Source of the DNA: Octopus sinensis
Taxonomy: Eukaryota
Reading direction: 5' to 3'
Length of the DNA stretch: 64,000 bases
Assembly: GCF_006345805.1 (NCBI RefSeq)
Contig: NC_042997.1
Location: 20,212,001 to 20,276,000, forward strand
Shown: positions 39,851-51,389 of the stretch, one piece after another
Position numbering within the stretch: the first letter of the stretch is position 1
How the letters are laid out: every line of letters starts with the position of its first letter
The notes under the pieces: generated by a model
Seen by the model: only the letters and a program-made list of their open reading frames with translations
What the model was told of the DNA's origin: nothing
Databases searched by the model: none
Program-made: the position numbers and the translations under genes

Positions 39851-39910
<60 letters not shown>

Positions 39911-41160
39911 CAGGGGAAGAGTTCACAAAAAAAACAAAAGACGAAGACAGGTGGTGTACAAAACAAACGGATATATAAATACATATATATATATATGCAT
40001 ATATGGGTACAGGACGTTACCAACTGTGTAAACATCATGAAATATGTAAATAAACGTGTAAAATACATAAACAAGAGAAAAAATAGAAAACAGGACAAGT
40101 AAACACAGAGAAACAACCCTTCATCAGTTGTCAGTTGTCTATCTTCTCCTTATTTTGAGCATTCATATATGTGTGTGTGTGTGTGTGTATAAGCAATCAA
40201 AATGTAAAACAAACACAGGTAATATAACAAAGGCAAAAGGATGTACACAGTAAATGTATTAGATTGATGCCCAGAGAAATTTTAAGATGGGAGAAAGTGG
40301 TACAGTGACATTTTGACCATAGCTCTTCATCAGTAACAGGAAGGAGTAAAAAGCCAAAGAGAAGGAAAATAATAGTTCAAGACAAGCATGTGTGCCATTA
40401 CATGACTGTATATTAGAACCTCAAAGTAAATATAAGGAAAACTGGAGTTTTACTCAGTAGAAAAATCAATATACATGCTGCAAAGATGCTCCAGCATACA
40501 CAATGTTCCCCTGACATAAACAATATGCACACAAGTGATGTAGTGAAATAATAGGAAGGCTAACAATAAAAGCAGCCACCACATGTGGAAAATGTACAGG
40601 TGCATTAAATTTTAGCACACTGTAGGTGCATCATGTCACCATGTGAGTTTTCTCCCCTGTATTGACAGGGCAGTGGCAGGAGAACCAACTCTAGAAAACA
40701 TGCAGTATACTAACAGGCTAAGCATGGAGATCATCCCCAAAACTGGCTTTCATGAATGTCCAGGCAGCTAAAATGCATTAACAATTTCAGTTAGCTAGAT
40801 GACATAATTAGTAGTAAGGATAGATGTTCTGAAAGCAGAGTAACAAGAGTGAGAATGACTTGCAAAAAATGTTCCAGGAGCTTCTGTCCCCATTGGTGAG
40901 AGGAAACACGTCCAATCATATAAAATGTGCTTCAAGAAATTTCATGTGACACAAGTAAGCATGGAAACTGTAGATATTAAAACAATGATGACGATAATAT
41001 GAGAGAGCGCTTTTAGTTTCTCTCTTCCAAATCCACTGACAGGGCTTTTTGTCAGGGTGGCATGGTAGAAGATGCTTGCTGCCTGTGCCTATATATGCAT
41101 CATACATACATACATACTTATACACACACACAGACGCACACACATATATATATAATAATA

Positions 41161-41206
<46 letters not shown>

Positions 41207-41499
41207 TAATAATAATAAGTATGGGGGAATATTATTCCAAACTTGCAGGGAAAAATTCAATTTAGAAATACTAAATCAAATTTCACAAAATATAATCTAT
41301 ATATATATATATATATTATATTTTATATAATATTATATATATATATACGTTTTATTTATTATTTTGCACATAACTTAATCATCATTATATGTTTTATCTT
41401 ATATCTAATCTTTCTATAATATGTAATCTTTCTATATATATATATATCATCATCATCATCATCACCGTCGCTTAACGTCCGCTTTCCATGCTAGCATGG

Positions 41500-42305
41500 G
41501 TTATATATATATATGTATATTCAAGAAGAAAATGGGGGAAAAATAACTATAGTTGGGTTTATCTTTACTATTGCTCCTGTCTGTTTTATTGGGGTTATTT
41601 CTGTATGGTTTATGTGGACTCAATGACCTGTTGTTATGCATTTAACAGAGTTTATCTTTGTTCTTTGGGGCTCTTTATTTTTATTCTTATCAATGTGTAG
41701 CTTTATATTATTCTTATTGTAGCTATTATTTTTTCCAACTTGTTTTTATAATTCATGTTATTAGTCTTGTTAATGTTGTTAATTTTATTGATTATCACAT
41801 TGTTGGTATTCATGTTGTCGTTGTTTGTAATATTATTGGTGATTTGTGTATGGGACTTAACATTGTTTCTATTGCTATTATTCTTGTTGAGCTTATCTAA
41901 GCTGTTCTTATTGTTGGTTTAGTTTATAGTGACGTTTGGTGTGTGGTTAGTGTTAATGGTATTATCGTGTGGATTTCTGTTATTTAGGTTATTTGTATAG
42001 CGATTGGGTTCTCGGTATTTAATTTTTTGTTTAAATCCTGCTTTATCTTGTACGATATTATAAATTTCCTTATGCTTATTAAAAATATATTGGTTGGAAG
42101 AGAGGCATGATATTCTATTGCTAATGCTATGTACTAAACCTCTCTTAATAAAGATTGGGTGGTTACTGGATGCGTTTATGTATTTCAGGTTAGTGTTGGG
42201 TTTTATATAGGGTTCGTGGAGTTCTGTGGCTAAGTTGCAGTTTGTGTCTAAGTAGTTAAGGGAGTTGTGTTCCTTTTCTATAGAAATAGATAGTTCAAAT
42301 CTTTA
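41500..42305 (-). pseudogene. Penelope-like element RT C-terminal/thumb fragment (inverted part)
   Basis: LSISIEKEHNSLNYLDTNCNL..ELHEPYIKPNTNLKYINASSNHPIFIKRGLVHSISNRISCLSS...GFKQKIKY, then an Asn-rich linker ending IVIFPPFS (like IIWFNPPFS). Confidence 0.85.
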
Positions 42306-43150
42306 AAAGATTTGGAACCACTTAAATTACTTACATGCAAACATTCACCTCCCAACCCCCACTCGCTATGTGGGTGTAAATTATTTTACACCTACACAGG
42401 GCTTCCTCCATTACTATGAACTTCCTACAACTTTAACTCCCAAAGATACATAAATTCCTTGCTCACCCCAGACTGAGTAATATGAATAGAGTTAGCCTTC
42501 TTTTCTCCATGAGTTAGAGTTAACCCCCTTTCTTTACACCGCTGGTGAAAAGTCTAGCCAAAATAAACCCATGGAAAATATGTGCTTACTTAAACTTGGG
42601 ACTACAGATCAAAATAACCTCCATCCTCTATCCACTTCGCAGCAGAATTATCAACTAAGAAACCTACTATAATGTAAGACTCACCATTCTTTGTATTTAT
42701 TCTCGTTACCAATGTATCCCTATGTCTTTCGCTCTTCTAAACACTACATATGTCTCTGTATTCTGACGATGTCTACCACTAAAACTGGTAAACAGAAACG
42801 ATCGTAAATGCACTATTACTACCACTTTTCTTTATTAATTAATTAAATTAATGGCTTACTAGTGCAAACGACCAAATTCTTCCTGTTATTTTCCCTTCAT
42901 TTTCTTCTTGCATATAATATAAACTACGGTTTACCCCCTGAATTACCTGCTATCGTATACCTTTTACCAAGAACAGTACCTACCCAGGTAATCCCCAGGG
43001 GGAGCCTTTGGATTTAACCATCCCTTAGAGGTCTTAAACACCTCTAAATTATGCCTACATAACTTATTGACCATCTAACAATCTATTACATTATAATTAA
43101 AATATAATATACTATAAATATAATATAACCAATTTAAAAAAAGCCAACAA
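42306..43150 (+). mobile_element. Penelope-like 3'/pLTR-like segment carrying a hammerhead
   Basis: C/A-rich strand flips at ~42305; contains the canonical HHR; abuts the PLE RT fragment. Confidence 0.6.
42758..42811 (+). ncRNA. Canonical type I hammerhead ribozyme
   Basis: GTATT CTGACGA TGT c TACCA ctaaaac TGGTA a ACA GAAAC GATC GTA AATGC; all core nucleotides present, stems I and II pair, palindromic stem III; predicted cleavage after A42806. Confidence 0.85.
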
Positions 43151-43203
43151 TTAGTTTCTACTTATATACATTATTTGATTTATAAGCAATTCATATCTAT
43201 GTA

Positions 43204-43281
<78 letters not shown>

Positions 43282-43282
43282 C

Positions 43283-43318
<36 letters not shown>

Positions 43319-45926
43319 CGTACATACATACATACATACATACATAGGTTAATATGAGGTGCATATGTGTATACACACACACGCATGTTCCTAATAGCTA
43401 AAATAACAACAGTAACTGAGTATATGATGTCAAATATTTATTTATTAGAAAATATATGAAGCTGACTGTGATTTTGTTGTTTCACTAATGATGGTATTTC
43501 CCAGAAAAAAGATATCCTTATGATATGTAGTTAGTGTGCAGAGTTTTGGACTCCTAATACTTTTGACCTCTAAGACTAACATCCCCCTAACACTTAAGCT
43601 TCAAGAGAATGTCTGAGAAAACATACTTGATGAAAATTTGAATTTGATTATGTGTGTGTATATGTATTAATATATCTATTTATATCTATAACTATATATA
43701 TATGTATATATACATACATATATATATTTACATATATATATATATATATATACAGATATCTATCTCTCTCTCTCTCTCTCTCTCCCTATATATATATGTA
43801 TATATATATATATATATATAGAGAGAGATAGATAGATAGATAGGTATATATATATATATATATATATTTAGATATACATACTTACATATATCTATGTACA
43901 CAGACACATACATATACACATATCTCGGTCATTCTCATAAGCATATTTCCAAACTTAGAAGTAGTAATGGTGTTTATATGTGAGTGTGGATAAAGAAGAA
44001 TATGCTATGAAATAAGTTAGAGATTGGCAATATAAAGATAAAAAGGAATAGCAATATTCAAAATGCACAGTCACATGTTTCTTTTATGCGGTTAACTTTC
44101 TGATTGGCATAGTAAAAACAGAGTCACCTGTTTATTTTGCTACAATATTCTGTGAAGTTGCAAATGTACAGATGTAATATAGAAAGCAAGTGTGAATGAT
44201 TAAACAAGTTGAATGTTGTGGGAATTAAAAACTAATCATGGAACAGCTGAGATAATAAATAATTCTTGCTATATTGGAATTGGTAATTTTCTGGCTCTGC
44301 ACAAGGAAACATTTCAAAGAACAGAAGATGGAAATGTAGTTTATCTTTGACAATTTATGAAGCTTTCTAGTCAGTATCTCTGATATAGAAGTCATACTCG
44401 CCTTATCATTTAGTGGCATATGTAATCATAATGTAATTTGATTTATCACTTCCAAGTGATAGTATTATAGTCACAGAGGTTATCACTTATACCTTCATTA
44501 CTATTTCTGTAGCGAGTCACACAGATTAGTGATATGCTTAACTGCAAGCTAAATCCATAAACTAGTTTGTATTTGCTATTTGAACAACTTAATTTTCTCT
44601 TGATCTCTTATATTTTAAAGAAAAACATGGATGCTACTAATTTGCATTTGCCACCACAAGAAATAGAATCACAAAGTCTTCAGGATTATATAAGAAATTA
44701 TGTAGTTAGTACCATAAAATGAAAATGCACTTCTAATTAGCTAAGACTGGGATTTGGCTTCATTTTCTAATAAGAATTATAATTAAAGTGCTTGGATAGG
44801 AATTTCAACCGTGTTTCGTGGTCTGGTACCACAACAGCTCCTTTATAGGATCCAGTTAGCTCAAGACATCATCACGCAGAACCACATTCGATTTCGGCCC
44901 CTACTCCTCTACCATTTTCACGTGGTGAGGCCCCCACTTTCAGAGGTGTCTTCAGCTCTGGTGTTGAATGCATGTCTTCTATCTTTTTCTTTCTTCTGTT
45001 CCCTGGCCTCTTTGATGTAGCGTCAACAAGTGTCAGCGGGCGACTGACTGTCTTGTCAAACTTTTTTCTTTAAATACCTGCTGCTAGGCTCCAGTAGGTA
45101 GCCCCAGCAAGTTGTCACGTGACACTGTCTCAACTTTAACTGACCAATGAAGGCATGTAGTCTGAGCCCACGCATTCTTTGTAATTATCTTTCACATTTC
45201 TTTTATGAAAAAATATCTTGGATTCTCTGACAAGCAAAATTAAATATATATCAAATTCAGTTTCATCATCTTCACAAAGATTATATACTTGAATATTATA
45301 TCAGTACTTTTAAGGTGTCAGAGAAAGAATCTCTCTCTAATATGTACATTTATGTTAACTAGTCTACATGTGCAGACTACATTTCTAAGAGCTGCAGTAA
45401 CAGAGAATCTACCTTTCTGATATTGTGAAGGTGTGTGAGCTAGTAACTAGGGTGTTTTACCATGGTCATAAGGTTGTGGTTTCAGTTCCCGAAGTGAGCA
45501 ACATGTTGTGTACTTGAACAAAGTACTTTATTTCCATATTGCTCCACTCTATTCAAATGTCGTGGGTACTATAGAGGTGCTTGAATTTCATTCTCTCTCC
45601 CTCCACCTGTCATTACTACATTACTCCATAGGCATATAAAACAATTAGTGAAAGCATGATAAATTTGAATAAATCATTTTTTGCTTGTGAGTGAAAAACT
45701 AGCACTGCTCTCTAGTCTTTCTACCACTCATCCTTGGCATTTAGGCAACAAGCATCCAGTTGGTCTGATTTAAAACCTCTCTTTTATGTTTCTTCAAGAT
45801 CTTATTCTATCACTATTTCACCTATAACTTCTCTATTCACTTAGTTATTTCAGCCTATACTATGGGAGGATCATCTAACCATTCTTTCATCAAAGTAGGC
45901 AACCCTACATTACATTGTTTTCTTAC

Positions 45927-45982
45927 CTGAGGCTTTCTATTATTTCTAGTGAACAAATCAGCAAACTCTCCCCAGCAGCAAA
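45927..45982 (-). CDS. Putative exon (DLLLGEFADLFTRNNRKPQ)
   Basis: Acceptor taatgtag|, strong donor CCTCAG|gtaaga, open phase 1-0. Confidence 0.3.
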
Positions 45983-47353
45983 TCTACATTAATCTTAAAC
46001 TAAGACAGTTAAGAGGAAGTTTTTGAACCCATTATTATGCACATATATCACATCCTCATATAGAGCCCACAACCCTAAATTCTCAAAGTGGTTTTATCAT
46101 ATGGGACACAGTGTGATAGTCTGGGCATATGATCTCTTTCTGATTAATCTATTTTTGTATGACTGGACATTTTGGAAGTGGCCACAGCAGATGTAGGCAA
46201 AGTAGTCTTAATCAGAGCATAATAATTGCCGGACCTTTGCATTTATTATTGGTTGAGTGTTTGGGGGCCAGTGAAGCTACTGATGTGCAATAAATCTGTG
46301 TGTGTGCATGTATGTGTGTGTGTGCATGCATGTGCACATGTGCATATGTGTCTGTGTGTGTGCTTTGTATATTTTGTTGTCATTGTTTAGCTCAGGTCAG
46401 CTCTGACTGAACAGACCTGTAATCAAAGGCATTCCAGCATGTTCTTTTTTCCAGGAATATAAAAGAATATTGGCTAATACTATTTTTTTCATTCATGACA
46501 ACTTGGTCTGACTTGAAAAAATGGGACTACTATTTCTAGTAGACTGAATCACCACATTGATGCTCCTAATTTTGGCTTGCATTTAATGGTTTACTGAATT
46601 TCAAGTTCTCTTTTGTTGTTAGTAAGAAGAAAGACAAATGTTTTTTAGTTCAAATCAGGCCAGCTTTATAGAAGAGACATGAGGAAACAGATATTCCAGA
46701 CATGATCATCCAATTATTTTGTTTAATATTGTTCAACGTGTTCTGTTTTCGAAACAAATGAATGGGAATACAGGGAGATTTGGATATTGTTCCTTGCAAG
46801 TCAAGTGATTTTGTACAGATACCCTTGTTGGGAAACAATCAACCTGCCACCCCCTTAAGCCTGTTGTTTCCATAATTTAATATGAGGTAAATAATGTTGT
46901 ATTTAATATGAGATAAGTAATGTTGAATCTCAAATAATTCTGCCTCCCTAAGTATATGAAAGAGCATGAGGAAAAGAACGTTTTATTAAGCATTTTATAT
47001 TTTGAATTTGAACTGTGCAGGTGCATGCATGTGTGCATAAGATAGTATGTGTTGGTTGTATTCACTGTTTGAATAATTACTAGCTAAGTCAGCGAGTATG
47101 GTACAAGGTTAATGAATTAGATTTTATTACAGAATATATTATCTACATTTCTGATGCCAAAAATTCTAGTTCATTATGAACATGTGTGTTTATACATTTA
47201 TATATTTTAATATTTCACTTAAACATTGCGATGCTAATAACTTTGTGTCTTACACACTTACAGATACACACACACACACTTACACACACACGCATGCACT
47301 AACACACACATACACACTCCCATTCAAATATATATAGATGTGCATACACACAG

Positions 47354-47390
<37 letters not shown>

Positions 47391-47563
47391 CTGAAAGGGA
47401 GATGGAGAAAAAAAAGGAGAGAGAGAGACTTTGATTATACAACCTTTAAATTGAAAAATGAATAGCAGTTCTGGTAACTTGAAAAAGGGGAAAATGCTTT
47501 TCGTCTGTAACTGCCTATAAGTGTACTGAAGCATAATGCTGCAGTCTTTACAATGACAAGTGT

Positions 47564-47565
<2 letters not shown>

Positions 47566-47603
<38 letters not shown>

Positions 47604-47642
47604 GTAATAATAATGATAATAATAATAATAATAATGATTATG

Positions 47643-47685
<43 letters not shown>

Positions 47686-47686
47686 T
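47566..47686. repeat. (AAT)n microsatellite (others at 41150-41218, 47960-48012, 53618-53670)
   Basis: Direct read. Confidence 0.95.
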
Positions 47687-47958
47687 ACCTGTATATATCA
47701 AAATGTAGATACTTTACATCCTAGCTTAACTAATACATTTATTTAAGAACTTGATCAGTTAAAATGCATAGGTTTTTATGAATACATGTGCATTCTTTCC
47801 TCATATACATATAAATGTGTGTGTATGCGTTTGTATGTATCTATATATATATTTGTAAATAGTAGCTATACATATGTATATTCTAGGTATTCTCATTTGG
47901 AAAATGAAAAGCCCAATCTGGTTGAAATGATTCATTGAGTTGTATGTCGAAATACTGA

Positions 47959-48014
<56 letters not shown>

Positions 48015-48969
48015 TATATGGGGCAGAGTAAGAAAGTGAGAGAGTTTTAGACACACACACATAATATAAACATGCATGTATATACATACATATAAACACA
48101 TATATGAATATATATATATTCATGCATATGTGTGTATACATACATACATATATATGTGTGAATGTATTTATTTACACAGAGATAGACACATGCATGTACA
48201 CACACATGCACACATACACCTAGCGGCAGCAGAATATATGATAGAGGGTAAAAGAGACATGAAAGAAAGAAATCTATGTGGTTTTTGTTACAGTTCACCG
48301 AGTCCTATAAAATTAGAAATAAATTGGATTCAAACAAGCTAAATTAGATTGTAATAAAACATATCAGACATTTATTTGAGTTAAGATTTGGTTAGTACGG
48401 TATATAAGCATTGGTTGAATAGCTTCTATGTATACATATTAGAGTTTAGGGAAAGAGGCAGTGGCTGGGTAAAGAAAAAAAAAAAAATTCAAACTCAAAG
48501 CAAATTTAAGCTAACACAGTAACAGGTGAATGAATTAGAAAAGGATAATGGGCAGAAACATGCTGATAGATATTACTTTTCAAATGCAAAATGCATTGAA
48601 GCATAAACATAAAGTAAGAATGTTTATTAAAATAACCAAAAATATATAACCTGACTTTGAAGTAATATATGTTAATTAACGGTATACTTGTTTAATTAGC
48701 AACTCTTGCTTTGCATTGCAAAATATGTTACAGCTGATAGTGACTGGAAACTGTGTAATCATCTCGACATCAGGGTTAGCTTTTTCCTTCGTTTTTCAGT
48801 TATATAGATTTTAGATTAGCTGGATATCATTTACACAAACATATATGCATGTGTGAGTGTGAGTGCATATATATATATATAAACACACACACACACACAC
48901 ATATGCATAGATATACATACATATATACATACATAGATACATACATATACATATGTATATGTATAATAA

Positions 48970-49200
48970 GGCGGCAAGCTGGCAGAAACGTTAGCATGCC
49001 GGGCGAAATGCTTAGTGGTATTTCGTCTGCTATTATGTTCTGAGTTCAAATTCCGCCGAGGTCGACTTTGTCTTTCATCCTTTTCGAGGTTGATAAATTA
49101 AGTACCAGTTATGCACTGGGGTCAATGTAATCGACTTAATCCCTTTGTCTGTCTTTGTTTGTCCCCTCTAGGCTTAGTCCCTTGTGGGCAATAAAAAAAA
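48970..49200 (+). mobile_element. SINE family B copy
   Basis: Colinear with 9307-9537. Confidence 0.9.
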
Positions 49201-49207
49201 TATATAC

Positions 49208-49250
<43 letters not shown>

Positions 49251-50264
49251 CACACACACACACGTTTGTATATATCTATGCGTGTATGCTATTGACTTAT
49301 TCATTCATCCTTCAATGTGGTTAAAACAACCAGCCATAACCAGTCAAAATTCACAGTACAGGTGGAACGTTTCATCTTTTTGATCATTGAATATAAAACA
49401 TGGATTGCAAGACCTTCATTTGGGTGATTTTCCTGATTGCCTTCTTATCCTTATCTGCCAATCCATCACAATGTTACCCACTTACAACTGAATGGACGGG
49501 AGCAAAGTGAAATGAAGTATTTTCCATCTGAATACAGAGAAAGATTTCCTACTTTGGCTGAAGTGGGTACTCCATTCCCCCATTCACTTACTCCTTTCTT
49601 GTATTCAGTTGCAACCCAATACACTAGCAAGTACATTTTTAGGTATTTGATGTTGGAAAATACAAATATCTTGAGAGTATTCCTTTATTAATTTCAAAAT
49701 AATATATTAGTTTTAATTTTACATGCAGTTTTATATTCCACATTCTCTCAACCTTTATTCTCAAGTCAAATGTCGTTAGTGTCATTTTAAATTAGAGGAG
49801 AGGCCATGGCATCAGAGATATGTAAATTTGTCTATTAACTGTTCAAATCATGATAAATCTTAATCCATCTTCATTGTTTTTATAAGGAGGGATTTTGTTT
49901 TTATTTAGAAGAAAACATTTCTCTTCAAGTCTTGTTGTTGTTTTGAGTTGGGGCCTGTTTCGAGATTTTCTTTCTCTCTGTTCCCTTTAAATTTACTTCT
50001 GTAATTATTTCTTCATCATTTCATGCTGAAGGTGTTGAACTAGAAGTGCTAGGGGTTGAGGGGTTTGCTCTTGTTATATTGGACCTAAATCTGTTGGTGT
50101 ACTGGAAACTAGAAATTGTTCTTGTTGCTTTCAGTTTTCCTCATTTTCATTTTCATTGCTTTTAATTAATCCTCCCAATTCTGATAGGCATCCAGCTGTA
50201 AAGTGTGTCATACTCAGTCAAACATAACAACTAAACATTCTACTCTATAACATTAACCACTTAC

Positions 50265-50416
50265 CCATGGTCTCTGTGCTTCCTACTTGCACAGTTCTTG
50301 TATGACTCTGAGGTCTTTAAAACTTTCAAGCTCATTTTAATATTACCTGACCATAGGTCTTCCAGCATTAAGACCTCTTTGAGCAGTCTGCCATATTCTG
50401 ACAAATTGATGTCCAT
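50265..50416 (-). CDS. Putative exon: phase-0 MDINLSEYGRLLKEVLMLEDLWSG...KHRDH (donor 50265) or phase-1 DGHQFVRIWQTAQRGLNAGRPMVR (donor 50347)
   Basis: Acceptor ctgtttccag|; strong donors GTCAG|gtaata and CATGG|gtaagt; each frame open to its donor. Confidence 0.35.
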
Positions 50417-51389
50417 CTGGAAACAGTAGTGTCTGTGACTTACTGGTGTTGTTAAACAGAAAAAGAAAGAAAGAAAATAACTGTTTATCTCTTTTAGATT
50501 TTGTGTTAATATTTTGGAAAAGGAAATCAAGGCAGTGATGAGCACTCTTGAATAACTAAAATAACTAAAGTCATCTTGAATAACTAAAAACAACTGTTTA
50601 CAAAATTTATAATATAAAATATCCAAGAACAAACCTTATTTTCCCAGAATCACCTGTTAGCAAAATAATATGAAACAAACAAATGTAGTAAGTCTACATC
50701 TTTATTAAAGATTGCATGTTGACATATCCATTCACCTTCAAACAAAAATAATGTTTCAAATTTAAGCATAATGTCAGAAATTTTTAGAGTGGTTACTAGT
50801 CAATCATAGTGAGCATAGTACTTGACTGATATTTTATTGATCCTCTAAGGATTAAAGGTAAAGTTGACCCGAGTGGGACTTGAACTCAGAAACAAAAGGG
50901 CCAGAATAAACAAATGCTGCAAGATAATCTTTCTGGTTCTCTAATGACTCTGCCCATCCACCCACCTAATAATAATAATCATAATAGATTCTAATTTAGG
51001 TACACAGCTAGCAAATTGATGGGATGCAAGCTAGTCAATTATGTCAACCCTATATTTGACTCCAAAAAAATGAACACAAAATTACCCACAGCAGAATTTC
51101 ATTTTTGATTGTAAAGAGATGAAAGAAATACCACATCCTATTTTGTCTGATGCTCTAAAGATTCTGTCAATTTATCACCCTTTTTGGAAATAATAATAAT
51201 TATTATCATTATTTCTAATATAGATCAAAAGGCTAGCAATTTTTCAGAGAATAGTGTCAGTCAATTACATAGATCTCCAATATTTAACTGGTATTTTATT
51301 TTATCAAATACCACTGCCCTGTACTTATCTCACTGACCCTGAAAGGATGAAAAATATGAGCCTCGACAGAGGCTAAATGCATGCTTATG

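Noticed and set aside
40005-40140. Minus-strand CTGATGAAGGG in a repeat next to the HHR cluster
   Set aside because: No matching GAAAC or stem-II partner found up- or downstream.
41490-43150. Possible mitochondrial insertion (NUMT), suggested by strand-skewed composition
   Set aside because: Translation gives Penelope RT-thumb motifs, not mitochondrial proteins or RNAs.
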